A DNA stretch of 64,000 nt, taken from UHGV virus genome UHGV-0277504; one strand, given 5' to 3'. This document shows, one piece after another, positions 29,312 through 39,254 of the stretch (positions within the stretch are counted from its first letter, which is position 1; each line of letters begins with the position of its first letter). The notes beneath the pieces are model-generated. The model saw only the letters and a program-made list of their open reading frames with translations, did no database searches and had not been told where the DNA came from. The DNA comes from a virus. Made by a program: the position numbers and the translations under genes.

Positions 29312-30252
29312 CCTGTGTATTCAATAGTGGTCGTTAATCACTACCAGTTCTCTTATGAACTTCTCTATGTTTCCATAGATGAGTAGACTATATCATTCTT
29401 CCTATTAGGAAGTCCACCGTTTCGATTTAAACAAGTTTTATATGATTATTACTCAATACTTGTACCACTTGGCTCTAACCTTATCCCTCCACATATGTGG
29501 ATAGGTTACAGATAGTCGTTAGGCATTTAATATAAATTGTAATCATTTCTTTTCAAATTTTCTAGGCGTTAATCTTCTATACTCAGGGTAATTATCAGAA
29601 TCTAATCTATAACCAATTGTAGTATGTCCTATACTTAAAATTCTAGATGCTTCGGATGTACTCTCGTATTTTATACCCTCTATCTCTATTGCTCTAGAGT
29701 TAGCTTTCTTTACTGAATTTATCATCTTTTCTGTTTTAGGTTTACCATACTGATGATTACCTTGACCTCTCATTTGTTGTTTTCTCATTTCTCTAATCTC
29801 TTCTTTTCGAGGGTTTGTTGTAAATATATCTCCTCCTACAGAAGATAATTTTACATTATAATAGTTATCATCATAAACTGCATTGGTTTTTAAAATTAAT
29901 TCTTCCTCAGCTTTTTCTAATTCTTCTGTCGTATAGTAATCTTTTATAATTGTTTTAGTAAATTTATCTTTACCATATTTTTTAATATCTTCTTTGAGAT
30001 ACCTACCTGAACCTAAGTACTTTTCCCAGTCATTTATTCTGTTATAAAGAAATTTACCTATATATTTTTTACCATTTACAGAGCATGTAGTCACATAAAC
30101 AGCTCCAACAGGTTTATTTTCCATAATATCACTCTCCTATGAGTGATTACAATTTATATATTTAGCAACGGATTACCATATCATTTGACTTAGGCTTTCC
30201 CGTTTTAGATGGGTTTTTCGATAACGATTACTCGTTAAAGGTGCATTTATTT
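29312..30252 (-). mobile_element. group I intron in nrdE (about 941 nt) carrying a GIY-YIG homing endonuclease gene
   Basis: Exon 1 ends ...AAU UUG UGU with a terminal U. The intron ends in G. Inserted in the active-site SNLC-EI codons. GC-richer ORF-free flanks. Confidence 0.7.
29543..30124 (-). CDS. GIY-YIG homing endonuclease (intron-encoded)
   Basis: GAVYVTT...NGKKYIGK GIY-YIG motif with an extended C-terminal DNA-binding region. Confidence 0.75.
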   Translation of the reverse strand: MENKPVGAVYVTTCSVNGKKYIGKFLYNRINDWEKYLGSGRYLKEDIKKYGKDKFTKTIIKDYYTTEELEKAEEELILKTNAVYDDNYYNVKLSSVGGDIFTTNPRKEEIREMRKQQMRGQGNHQYGKPKTEKMINSVKKANSRAIEIEGIKYESTSEASRILSIGHTTIGYRLDSDNYPEYRRLTPRKFEKK

Positions 30253-31401
30253 ACACAAATTACTAGCTCTAACTTTACCTATACCTTTTAGTGGGTGATT
30301 ATCATTTGCATTATCAATATAGAAAACGTAAGGATAACCACTCTCTAATTGAGTTTTAGCAATATCAGTCATTAAATCTCTTGCATTTAATTTTTTCTTC
30401 TTAATGTTATCATTTTTAATTAAATTTTCATACTCTTCATTAAAATCAATCTCATCTAAATGTTTACCTGTTACTTCATATAAATTAGAAGTATCAAAAG
30501 TGTATAATGGTCTATCATCTTTTACTAATTCCATGAACTTATTAGGAATTGTAACACCTAAAGATAAAGTATCTAACCTAACTTTCTCACTAGCATTAAT
30601 TTTCTTAGAACTTAAAAAGTCTTCAATATCTTGATGAAATACATTTAAATAAACTACAGCTGAACCTTGACGCATACCTGCTTGGTTAAAGTGGCTTACA
30701 CCTTGTTCAATATTTTTAGCAAAAGGAATAACTCCCTGACTAGCGTTAGGGTTGCCTTGTACTGTAGCTCCTTTAGGTCTTATTCTAGACGCTTCTACGG
30801 ATACTCCACCACTATTTTTACTTGCATTTCGTACCGAGTTAGCTACAAAGTTAATAGATTCTATTGTATCATCTACAACAAAAATATAACAAGAACTTAA
30901 TTCCCCTCTATTACCTTTACCTGAATGTAAATAAGTAGGTGTAGCTGGTTGTAATGTTTGTTCCATTAATTGAATAAGCATATCTCTAGCTTTAGCATAA
31001 TCATCTTGGAATAAATATAATGCTACTCTAACATTATGCTGTTCATAATCCTCTACAAATACTACGTTATCATCTTTATCATATTGAACCACTGCATAGG
31101 ATTCATAAAACTTTTGACAAGCCATAAAACTTTGGAATTTAAAATTAAAGCTATATGCTAATTCTGTCATCTCTTTAATAATAGTATCAGGCACGTTATC
31201 TAATACTTTATCATAAGAGCCTTCTTTTGTCAATACTCTAACTCTATCTACTTCATTATCAAACTCTCTTGTATTAGACTTAACATAATCTTCATACTCT
31301 TTTAGAGCTTCTTTATCTTTATATAATTTATTTTTACCATACTCATCCAGCTGGGTAATTTCGTTATTTAATTCAATCCATTTTCCATAATTCTTTGCCA
31401 T
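30253..31401 (-). CDS. nrdE: ribonucleotide reductase class Ib alpha subunit (NrdE), exon 1: ...GIGKVRASNLC
   Basis: Exon 1 (383 aa) plus exon 2 (322 aa) gives about 705 aa. Confidence 0.8.
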
Positions 31402-31405
31402 TTAT

Positions 31406-31804
31406 CTATGCTCCAATCACTTTATAATTTTCTTTAAAGTAATTTAATATATTTTCTACTTCATTAAAATGTCCTGATTGCTCAACTTTAGCAATTAGAG
31501 GTATATTAAACATGTTAGAAATTGTTCTTCCTGCTCCACAGAAAAATTTACCCCATTGTTTATTTCCTGTTCCAATAACTTCTTTAGGAGGATGGTTATT
31601 ATTAATTAATTTTTTTATCTGTACAGGCATTTCACCTTTCATATATGTTGGTGTAATTAATATATAATCTCTATTAATAACTTCTTTACCTGTTTTAACT
31701 CTTAATGTCTCAAATGAGTTATCAGGATTTATTTTATTTACTAACTTTTCTGTTTGACCTGTTCCTGAAAAGTAAACTATTAATGGTCTTTCTTTGCTTG
31801 TCAT
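31406..31804 (-). CDS. nrdI: NrdI flavodoxin-like protein
   Basis: LIVYFSGTGQTEKL and GTGNKQWGKFFCGAG motifs. Lies directly upstream of nrdE. Confidence 0.8.
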   Translation of the reverse strand: MTSKERPLIVYFSGTGQTEKLVNKINPDNSFETLRVKTGKEVINRDYILITPTYMKGEMPVQIKKLINNNHPPKEVIGTGNKQWGKFFCGAGRTISNMFNIPLIAKVEQSGHFNEVENILNYFKENYKVIGA

Positions 31805-31821
31805 ATTGTATCTCTTCCTTC

Positions 31822-32433
31822 TTAAATATTATCAAGAAGGTTGTCTATCAACTTATCTTCATCTTTATTACTTGTTTCAGTTACCTTAGAATCAACCTTC
31901 TTATATGGAATTGTCTCAAATTCCGAATAGTGATTAATAATATAGCAAGGTTTAAATCCAGTCAACCCGTCTATCGTGGTTATTAAAACATCGTAATAAA
32001 ATTTATCTTCACGTATATTTTTGATAATAAAATCAGTTCTCATAACAGGATATTCTTCTTCTCTTAAGTCGTTATAAACTTCTTCAATATATGGTAAAGC
32101 AACATAAGTAGAAGCCCTATTTCTAGTAAAAATAAGACAAGGTACTTTTCCTACCTCGTCACTATCATTTACTACTTGTTGCCACCATGTATGTGGTTCT
32201 TTATTATTAAGCAATACGTTATCAATTAACCAATTTTCACGATGTTTACATTCTATAACAAGAGGAAAGTTAGAGCCTGCTGGAGTAACAATATCACCTA
32301 CTGCGTTATTATCGCTAGCCCAACTTGCTCCTCCTGATTGTGGAGAGCGGTTAAATTTCTCACCCCACCACTCCCCTAGAATTTTGGCTGTCTTTCTCTC
32401 AAACGCATCGCCTTTCTTTTTAGAGTTAGTCAT
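31822..32433 (-). CDS. putative Holliday-junction resolvase (Hjc-like PD-(D/E)xK nuclease)
   Basis: KGDAFERKTAKILGEWWG ... GDIV ... VIECKHRE fits the Hjc-type motif arrangement. Confidence 0.45.
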   Translation of the reverse strand: MTNSKKKGDAFERKTAKILGEWWGEKFNRSPQSGGASWASDNNAVGDIVTPAGSNFPLVIECKHRENWLIDNVLLNNKEPHTWWQQVVNDSDEVGKVPCLIFTRNRASTYVALPYIEEVYNDLREEEYPVMRTDFIIKNIREDKFYYDVLITTIDGLTGFKPCYIINHYSEFETIPYKKVDSKVTETSNKDEDKLIDNLLDNI

Positions 32434-32860
32434 TTTTAGGTGTCATTTTAACGACTTTCTCAGAATCTTCCTGTTTATCTGGTTCTTTATCTGGCTCAAA
32501 ACTATCTTCTTGTTGTTTTTTAAACTCTTCTTGTTTATTTTGTAAGAATTCTTCACGTTTTTTATTTACTTTCTCAGATGCTTTTTTAGCTTGTTCATCT
32601 GTAATACCTACTTCAGATTCTAATAAAACTAAAATTAAATCAATATAGTTCCATGCATTATCAATAATACCTAATAGTTCTCGTTGGTTTTGTTCAGAAA
32701 TTCTTTGAGCAATTACAGTAGCTGTCTCTAAGTCTACTTGTTTTTTACCAATCTCTTGTAATTCTTTTTGTTGTTTTTGTGTAATTTCTGAACCTTCTGC
32801 TTTTGCTTTTAATAAAGTTGTTAACCATGTTTTTAATTCTGTTTCTGTTACTTTAGTCAT
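32426..32860 (-). CDS. hypothetical coiled-coil protein (144 aa)
   Basis: ORF track. Confidence 0.45.
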   Translation of the reverse strand: MTKVTETELKTWLTTLLKAKAEGSEITQKQQKELQEIGKKQVDLETATVIAQRISEQNQRELLGIIDNAWNYIDLILVLLESEVGITDEQAKKASEKVNKKREEFLQNKQEEFKKQQEDSFEPDKEPDKQEDSEKVVKMTPKND

Positions 32861-33171
32861 TATTCATTCTCCTCTTCTTCTTTATCAATTTCTTCTAATT
32901 TTTCTTGAATAAAATCAATCACATCATCATTAATCATATCAGCTTGTCTTAAAGCATCAATTAGGATATTGAGGTTCATATTATAACTTTCTTCAATATC
33001 ATCTAACTGTTTAGATACTCCCATAGTTAAGTTAGTAATTGCTTTAGCTAAGTCTGTATAAGAAGCTGTTTTATCTTTTCCTTCTTCTTCTAATTGGTTA
33101 GCTCTTTGGTAGTTTTCTGTTGATTGAGCTGTAATATACGAATCAATAAAATTTAAAATATCTTTTTCCAA
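32860..33171 (-). CDS. hypothetical protein (103 aa; TTG start)
   Basis: AAGGAGG RBS then a TTG start. Confidence 0.45.
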   Translation of the reverse strand: MEKDILNFIDSYITAQSTENYQRANQLEEEGKDKTASYTDLAKAITNLTMGVSKQLDDIEESYNMNLNILIDALRQADMINDDVIDFIQEKLEEIDKEEEENE

Positions 33172-33201
33172 ATTGTTTCCTCCTTTTAATTCTTAATTAT
33201 T

Positions 33202-33230
33202 ATTATACCACAAATAATAATATTATGCAA
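33202..33230 (-). promoter_or_regulatory. promoter TTGCAT-17-TGnTATAAT
   Basis: Minus strand: -35 at 33230..33225, -10 at 33207..33202 with an extended TG. Confidence 0.45.
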
Positions 33231-33232
33231 GT

Positions 33233-34288
33233 CTATTTGTAAAATTTTTGTTGTAATTTGTACCTAGAAATACCTTCTGGTGTAGCTAGTATTTTATTAT
33301 TTTTAATAATCTCTATAGCTTTCTTAACACCTAAATCATTAGCATCTTGTTTTCCATGAGGTACTACAAAAACATTTTTATGTGTTGTATATAATTTAGA
33401 AGCCAGTGATACATTTTGTGTTATAGTATCACTATCTAAAAATATAAATATTGGTGTCTCTTCATCTATATTTAACTTAAGTAGTTTTATTTGCTCTTCT
33501 GATACATGTTTACCTAATGTTGCTACACCGTATTTTCCGAATGTTAAAGCATCAAATACACCTTCAGTAATAATTACAAAAGACTGATGTTTAGCGATGT
33601 TTAAATTAAATACAATATCTTTTTTTCCTATATCGTATTCATCTCCAGGTGCATTGAGAGTTTTAATATAAGGATTTTTTTCTATACTTCTAGTATTCCA
33701 ATATTGATATTTGCCTTCGTTATCATAAGTAAAAAATATAACACTGTTTGTAAGTTTTATTTTTTCTTCCTTGTTAGCCTTCCAACACCATCCTTCTATT
33801 ATATAACCGATATTATAATTAACAATTTGATTATATGTTATACCTCTACTGTAAAGGTAGTCAAAGAATGGTTTAGCCTCAGTATTATTTACGTTATCTT
33901 TTAAATATTTAAACCCAGTAGGTAATTCTGGAGGTTTGATACTTACTTGTTTTTTAGTAGTATCTACACCCCTCATCATTAAAATAAGTCGTTCACTTGT
34001 TGTTAGAGTATCGTCACCATAATCAACAATATTAAAATTATCTAATTCTATATCGTGACCTTCTAATATATCCTTAGCACCTTTACTACTAACGTTAAAA
34101 TATGCTTTCATAAAAGTAAATGGATTACCTACACGTTCACATTTAAAACATATATATTGCCCTGTTTCTTCATGTACATAAAACTTATACTTTTTCTCCC
34201 CACAAAAAGGACAACAATATCTTTTTTCTCCTATTGTATTTTCTTTAGGTCTTCCTATTTCAGAAGTTAAAAAGTCTGTAAATTCCAT
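33233..34288 (-). CDS. DNA primase (DnaG-like: CHC2 zinc finger plus TOPRIM)
   Basis: CCPFCGEKK...CFKC zinc ribbon and VIITEGVFDALTF TOPRIM motif. Confidence 0.75.
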   Translation of the reverse strand: MEFTDFLTSEIGRPKENTIGEKRYCCPFCGEKKYKFYVHEETGQYICFKCERVGNPFTFMKAYFNVSSKGAKDILEGHDIELDNFNIVDYGDDTLTTSERLILMMRGVDTTKKQVSIKPPELPTGFKYLKDNVNNTEAKPFFDYLYSRGITYNQIVNYNIGYIIEGWCWKANKEEKIKLTNSVIFFTYDNEGKYQYWNTRSIEKNPYIKTLNAPGDEYDIGKKDIVFNLNIAKHQSFVIITEGVFDALTFGKYGVATLGKHVSEEQIKLLKLNIDEETPIFIFLDSDTITQNVSLASKLYTTHKNVFVVPHGKQDANDLGVKKAIEIIKNNKILATPEGISRYKLQQKFYK

Positions 34289-34299
34289 ATTACCATAAC

Positions 34300-34899
34300 C
34301 TATCTTACTTTAATTATTTTTTTCATAATAACTAACATATTATAAATCTTACCTAACATATCATAAGTATAATCTGTTGAAGCATCTGTATGTTGTAATG
34401 CTTCTGATACTTGTGTATCTTTACTTTTTAGATTAAACTTCTTAAGATACCTATCAGACAATGATTTCTTGTATCTTTCCAAAGAAACATCTTTCATTGT
34501 ATTTAACATAACTCCTACAATATCGAAACCTTCATCAACATCTTCTTGTGTAAATTTATCTTTAATTGTAGTAATACCATATTCTTCAGCTTTTTTAATT
34601 ACTTTCATATTATATTTTTCTACAATAGGATTATACCATGTATTTAAATTACATCTGTAACCCTCTTCTTTTTTTAATGAAGAATTGTTATCACTAATAC
34701 CATAAGATGTTGGTAAATAAGACCGTAATCTTTTTAATTCTAAAAAGTTTTTATCTTTTGCTAATTTATAATCATAAGAATTAGATAATGGATACCAATT
34801 AATTATAGATTCAATAGGTGCTTTAAATTTTACATATGAATCTTTTTTATGATATACCATAACTTCTACTTCTTGTTTATCTTTAAATACTAATTTCAT
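34300..34899 (-). CDS. hypothetical protein (199 aa)
   Basis: ORF track. Confidence 0.45.
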   Translation of the reverse strand: MKLVFKDKQEVEVMVYHKKDSYVKFKAPIESIINWYPLSNSYDYKLAKDKNFLELKRLRSYLPTSYGISDNNSSLKKEEGYRCNLNTWYNPIVEKYNMKVIKKAEEYGITTIKDKFTQEDVDEGFDIVGVMLNTMKDVSLERYKKSLSDRYLKKFNLKSKDTQVSEALQHTDASTDYTYDMLGKIYNMLVIMKKIIKVR

Positions 34900-34906
34900 A
34901 TTTTTT

Positions 34907-36820
34907 TTATCCCTTCTCTAGTCTTGATACTCCATCTTCTTTAACCATTGTAATTACATTCTCAAACAATGGTTTAAGAGATTCTGAATGAGTAATAACA
35001 AAAATAGTACTTACAGTTTTAAGTCTATCTTTTAATAGCTTAACTACGTTCTCACAACCTATAGTATCTAAACCATCAAAGCACTCATCATATAAAGCAA
35101 TATTAGTAGAAATATCATCTTTAGACATGATTAAATCTTGAATTGCAAAACTAATTGATAAATCAATTCTTTTTTGTTCTCCTGCTGAGTTAGCTTTGTA
35201 AGATTCTCCACCATTACTATTTTTAACAATTACATCAAACTTATCTTTAAGTTCTCCTTTTGAATTCTTAACTTGTGTTTGGAATTCAATTTCAATATCG
35301 GAGCCTGATAATGTTTGTAAATACTCATTAGCTCTTTCATTTAAGAATGGTGTAATGAAATCTAGTACTACAGAACGTATACCTTTATTACCAAACGCAT
35401 CTACTGCATTACTGTATTTGTTTTTCTTCGTCTCTAATTGTACCACTTTATCTTTATGTTTGTCAATAGCTTTATCAATATCATTTTGTTCTTTTTTGTA
35501 TAATTTTTCATCAGGTTTTTCAATATATGAGTAATCATTAAGTGTTGGTTTTTGTAAACCTGATTTACTATTTTCTAATTGACTAATATTGTTATACACT
35601 TCTTGTTGTTGTTGATATTGTTTTTGTATTTCTCTATCGTGATTTTGTTTTTGTAAATCTTCTTCTTTCATCATTTGTTCTAATTGGTTAATCTTAGTTT
35701 CTAATTCTCTTTTTTTATCTTCTATTTTTTGTTTATTTTCTTTATGTTGTTTTAACTTTTCGTGTTCTTGTGATATTTGTGTCTCCATATTTTCTTTTTC
35801 TTTTACTTTGTGTGAATTATCAATTGGAGAACCACAAACAGGGCAATGGTCGTTTGTATCTAGTTGATTAATCTTAGATTGGATACTTCTAATTTCTTGG
35901 TCTACTACTCGTTCAGACAATTCTTCTTGATTCCAAACGGGCATTAACTTATCATTTATATTGTTTTTAATAAGTTCAATACCTTCTTTTGCTTTATTAT
36001 AGTTATCACTGAAAATAAACTCTGTATTTTCAATTTCAGGTATATTTTGTTTTAATGTGTTAATTTGTTCATCTAATTCTTTAACTTTGTTATTATATTC
36101 TTCTTGTCTTTGTTTGAAAGTTTCTTCCTCTTGTTTCTTTTGTTCCATTACTTGGTTATACTTAGACACTTCTTTATCAAACTGTTCTTGTTTTAGTTCT
36201 TTTTGGTATCCTAGTTTTTCAATTTCTTGCTGTTCTTTATTTTGTTGTTCTTCTACTTCTTTTACTTTTTCCTTAGCTACATCTTGTGCTTTTTTATAGA
36301 CTTCTACTTTTGTAATTGATTCTAAAATCTCTTTTTTACCTTTATCTGTTGCTTGTGAAAACATAGGAATATCTCCCTGTCCGTAAATAATGGCATTGAC
36401 ATAGGTATTAAAATCAATTCCAAATAAATCTTGTATTTGTTTATCTGTCACATCATTTGTAGAGCCTGTAATTTCTTTATCATTACAAAATAATTTAACT
36501 TTGTTTTTAAATTCCTTATGTTTTCTATATCGTTCAACTCTATAATTATCTTCTCCAATATTAAAAGATAAAATAACTGATGTATTTTTCTTTTCATACT
36601 TGTTAACTACATCATCTGCTTTTAATCCTTTTTCTGTTTTACCATATAAAGCATAAGTAATAGATGACACTAAAGTAGATTTTGAACTACCATTAGAATC
36701 AAAAGAATCATTAGTTTTATTTACCCCTTCAATCAAAATTAATCCTTGGTTATCTAACTCTAATTCTGCTTCTTTAATTGCCATAAAATTATTCATTTTA
36801 ACATACTTAAATTTAACCAT
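34907..36820 (-). CDS. SbcC/Rad50-like ATPase
   Basis: N-terminal P-loop, long coiled coil with a CPVCGSPI zinc hook, and a C-terminal signature/Walker B (LYDECFDGLD). Confidence 0.75.
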   Translation of the reverse strand: MVKFKYVKMNNFMAIKEAELELDNQGLILIEGVNKTNDSFDSNGSSKSTLVSSITYALYGKTEKGLKADDVVNKYEKKNTSVILSFNIGEDNYRVERYRKHKEFKNKVKLFCNDKEITGSTNDVTDKQIQDLFGIDFNTYVNAIIYGQGDIPMFSQATDKGKKEILESITKVEVYKKAQDVAKEKVKEVEEQQNKEQQEIEKLGYQKELKQEQFDKEVSKYNQVMEQKKQEEETFKQRQEEYNNKVKELDEQINTLKQNIPEIENTEFIFSDNYNKAKEGIELIKNNINDKLMPVWNQEELSERVVDQEIRSIQSKINQLDTNDHCPVCGSPIDNSHKVKEKENMETQISQEHEKLKQHKENKQKIEDKKRELETKINQLEQMMKEEDLQKQNHDREIQKQYQQQQEVYNNISQLENSKSGLQKPTLNDYSYIEKPDEKLYKKEQNDIDKAIDKHKDKVVQLETKKNKYSNAVDAFGNKGIRSVVLDFITPFLNERANEYLQTLSGSDIEIEFQTQVKNSKGELKDKFDVIVKNSNGGESYKANSAGEQKRIDLSISFAIQDLIMSKDDISTNIALYDECFDGLDTIGCENVVKLLKDRLKTVSTIFVITHSESLKPLFENVITMVKEDGVSRLEKG

Positions 36821-37202
36821 TATTTATATCTCCTTTCGTAACTCTAAAGAAACAATGATGAGAACCGTAATCAATCCAATAGTATTCATCATGTTCTATA
36901 ATTCTATTATAGTAATGTTTTTCAAAATTACTGTCGTCAAAAATCTTTTTTATTTTAGATAAACCATCTTCTAAACCTTCAACATTACAAATGTTTTCTA
37001 TTACATTATCTGAATCTTCAAACTGTAATATTGGTTTACTTTTATCTAAATCTTTACTTACCACATTACTTATATCTAATGTATTGATTTTAGGTTTCAT
37101 ATCTTTAAGCACTTCCCATAAATCATCTACTACTCTATTCCAATCTTCAGCTAAATTCTCTTCATCACTTATATCTAAATAATTATTATATCGTTTCAAC
37201 AT
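36813..37202 (-). CDS. hypothetical protein. Likely start is MLKRYNN at 37202. The track's longer ORF to 37307 reads through the upstream regulatory cassette.
   Basis: AAAAAAAGGAG RBS 9-10 nt before the ATG at 37202. Confidence 0.4.
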   Translation of the reverse strand: MLKRYNNYLDISDEENLAEDWNRVVDDLWEVLKDMKPKINTLDISNVVSKDLDKSKPILQFEDSDNVIENICNVEGLEDGLSKIKKIFDDSNFEKHYYNRIIEHDEYYWIDYGSHHCFFRVTKGDINNG

Positions 37203-37273
37203 TTGATTAACTCCTTTTTTTATTATATATAAATTATACCACTTAACTTTTAATAAGTCAAGTGGTATTTTTA
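37203..37273 (-). repeat. copy A of a ~74-bp terminator-promoter-RBS cassette (hairpin ATACCACTTAAC-loop-GTCAAGTGGTAT, then TATAAT, then AAGGAG)
   Basis: 44 nt (37230-37273) are identical to 39211-39254. Flanking leader is about 80% identical. Confidence 0.6.
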
Positions 37274-37279
37274 TTTTAC

Positions 37280-38314
37280 TTAATTTATTTGTGCTTCTTT
37301 TAAACACTCTAATAACTCATCTTTTGAACCAGGGTAATACTTATCTGCAAAACTAGATACTATCTCAGAAGGACTGTCAGAAACATCTGAATCAATTCTC
37401 TTTTCTATTGTGTACTCTTTTTGCATTTGTACTTGTACATTTTTATCTTCCATACCTTTATCCAGTTCAAATACTTTAGCCTGTTCTGGTGTTCCGATAA
37501 ATCTAATAAAATGATTTTTATTGATTAGTTCCTCTAATTCTTCTGGTGGATTATCTCCTTGTATAGTAATAAATTTTCTAGTATCTAAAGGTATAAACTC
37601 TGTTGTTAATTTATCCGTATCAATTAAATGTACCCCGTTAGCTTCTTGTTCATCACTAAATGATTGTTGCATTAAGCTCCCACCGTACATATGATTTGTA
37701 TTTTTAAAATACTGTCTTCTATGGTAATGTCCTAGTAAAATAAAATCATATTCATTAGGCATCAAATCTTGATAACCAAAAGCACCCTCTAGTCTATGTG
37801 ACCCTTTACCTGTTAAGCTACCTTCTACACCTAAATGACCTACTAAAATATTAACTTTACCTTCTACATAAGAGTTTTTAATAAACTCTTTAATTTCTTC
37901 AGTCTCATCACCATAAGCACACATTGTAAGTTGTACTTTACTACTCAACGGTTCTGTTCTTAAAGACTTTGTAACCTCTACATTAGGTAATGTTTCAAAT
38001 ATATCAATACTTGAAGAAGTGTACAAACTATTAGATACTGCATCATGATTTCCTCTAACCATATATACTTTAACATCTTGATTGTTAGCAAATACTTCAA
38101 ATACTTTATTATATACTCTAGTGTCTACAGCATTTCTTTTATGGAATAAATCCCCTCCAAAAATAACTTTAGCCTTATTTTCTCTTGCAATATCAAAAAC
38201 TTTCTGTAGTGTTTCTATTTGTTCTCTAAATCTATCATTTGTAAATTCCTCATCTGGTTTACTATAGTTTGTAAATAAATGAAAATGACTGTCAGTAAAA
38301 AATATAAATTTCAT
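37280..38314 (-). CDS. SbcD/Mre11-like nuclease
   Basis: FTDSHF, GGDLFH, VRGNHD, GHLGVEGS and GHYHRRQ metallophosphatase motifs. Confidence 0.8.
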   Translation of the reverse strand: MKFIFFTDSHFHLFTNYSKPDEEFTNDRFREQIETLQKVFDIARENKAKVIFGGDLFHKRNAVDTRVYNKVFEVFANNQDVKVYMVRGNHDAVSNSLYTSSSIDIFETLPNVEVTKSLRTEPLSSKVQLTMCAYGDETEEIKEFIKNSYVEGKVNILVGHLGVEGSLTGKGSHRLEGAFGYQDLMPNEYDFILLGHYHRRQYFKNTNHMYGGSLMQQSFSDEQEANGVHLIDTDKLTTEFIPLDTRKFITIQGDNPPEELEELINKNHFIRFIGTPEQAKVFELDKGMEDKNVQVQMQKEYTIEKRIDSDVSDSPSEIVSSFADKYYPGSKDELLECLKEAQIN

Positions 38315-38877
38315 TATTTATTATCCCCCATCAATTCAAGTAAGTATCCTACTAAATCATCAATAGTATCATATATAAGTGTATTAGTTAAACTATTTCC
38401 ATAATTAGGTCTTAGATAAGTTATAGAAGTACCTTGTATACTAACTAATTTTACATACCTTTCGTTTATAAATTCTACTATAACTGATTCCGTTATAAAA
38501 TTTTTGTATACTTGTACCTCATTCCATATGTTCTTAACAATGTAATCTTTAGGAACTTTATTTTTAATATATTTATAAATATCTTGTGTAGTCAAAGGCT
38601 CTATCTTAACTTCCTTTTCAAATATATCTAAATATAAATAATCTAATGCTTCATCAGGTATACTATCGCTTTTATTTTCTTTTTTAAAATATCTAGTTAC
38701 ACCTCTTTTATTATTATCCACCCTAACTATATTATCAAAATTATATACTGTTAGTAATGTAGTTTTACTGTTTCTTAATATTGTCTCACAGTATCCTAAA
38801 TAAAAGTATTGCTCTATTATAAAGTCATCAGGCTTTACAATTATTAAGTTAATCTTTAGTTGTTTATTAGTAAGCAT
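38314..38877 (-). CDS. hypothetical protein (187 aa)
   Basis: ORF track. Confidence 0.45.
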   Translation of the reverse strand: MLTNKQLKINLIIVKPDDFIIEQYFYLGYCETILRNSKTTLLTVYNFDNIVRVDNNKRGVTRYFKKENKSDSIPDEALDYLYLDIFEKEVKIEPLTTQDIYKYIKNKVPKDYIVKNIWNEVQVYKNFITESVIVEFINERYVKLVSIQGTSITYLRPNYGNSLTNTLIYDTIDDLVGYLLELMGDNK

Positions 38878-39182
38878 TACTCAACCTCCAAGTCTACTGT
38901 ATCATGGTCTGACCACTCATCAAGCGTTAAATGTAATGGTTCAGTATCCAAATATAGTGATAACGTGCTCTCTATATATTCATTAATTTCAACACAAATA
39001 TCATCAATTACAGATTTTTTAGTACCTTTTTTTACTGTATCTCCTACAGTTTCTTTAATTATCTTTTTTAATTCTTCTTCATCTGCTAAGTAGTTTACCA
39101 TATCTTCTTTTGCGGTTTTACTTAACTTTGAGTATTTTAAAAAATTTGTTTTACCTTGTAATTCTCTAATTGTTAATTTCAT
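38877..39182 (-). CDS. hypothetical protein (101 aa)
   Basis: AAAGGAG RBS. Preceded by cassette copy B. Confidence 0.45.
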   Translation of the reverse strand: MKLTIRELQGKTNFLKYSKLSKTAKEDMVNYLADEEELKKIIKETVGDTVKKGTKKSVIDDICVEINEYIESTLSLYLDTEPLHLTLDEWSDHDTVDLEVE

Positions 39183-39254
39183 TTAACCTACTCCTTTATT
39201 TTATTATACATAAATTATACCACTTAACTTTTAATAAGTCAAGTGGTATTTTTA
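39183..39254 (-). repeat. copy B of the terminator-promoter-RBS cassette
   Basis: 39211-39254 is identical to 37230-37273. The hairpin abuts the stop of the DnaB-like helicase gene. Confidence 0.6.
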
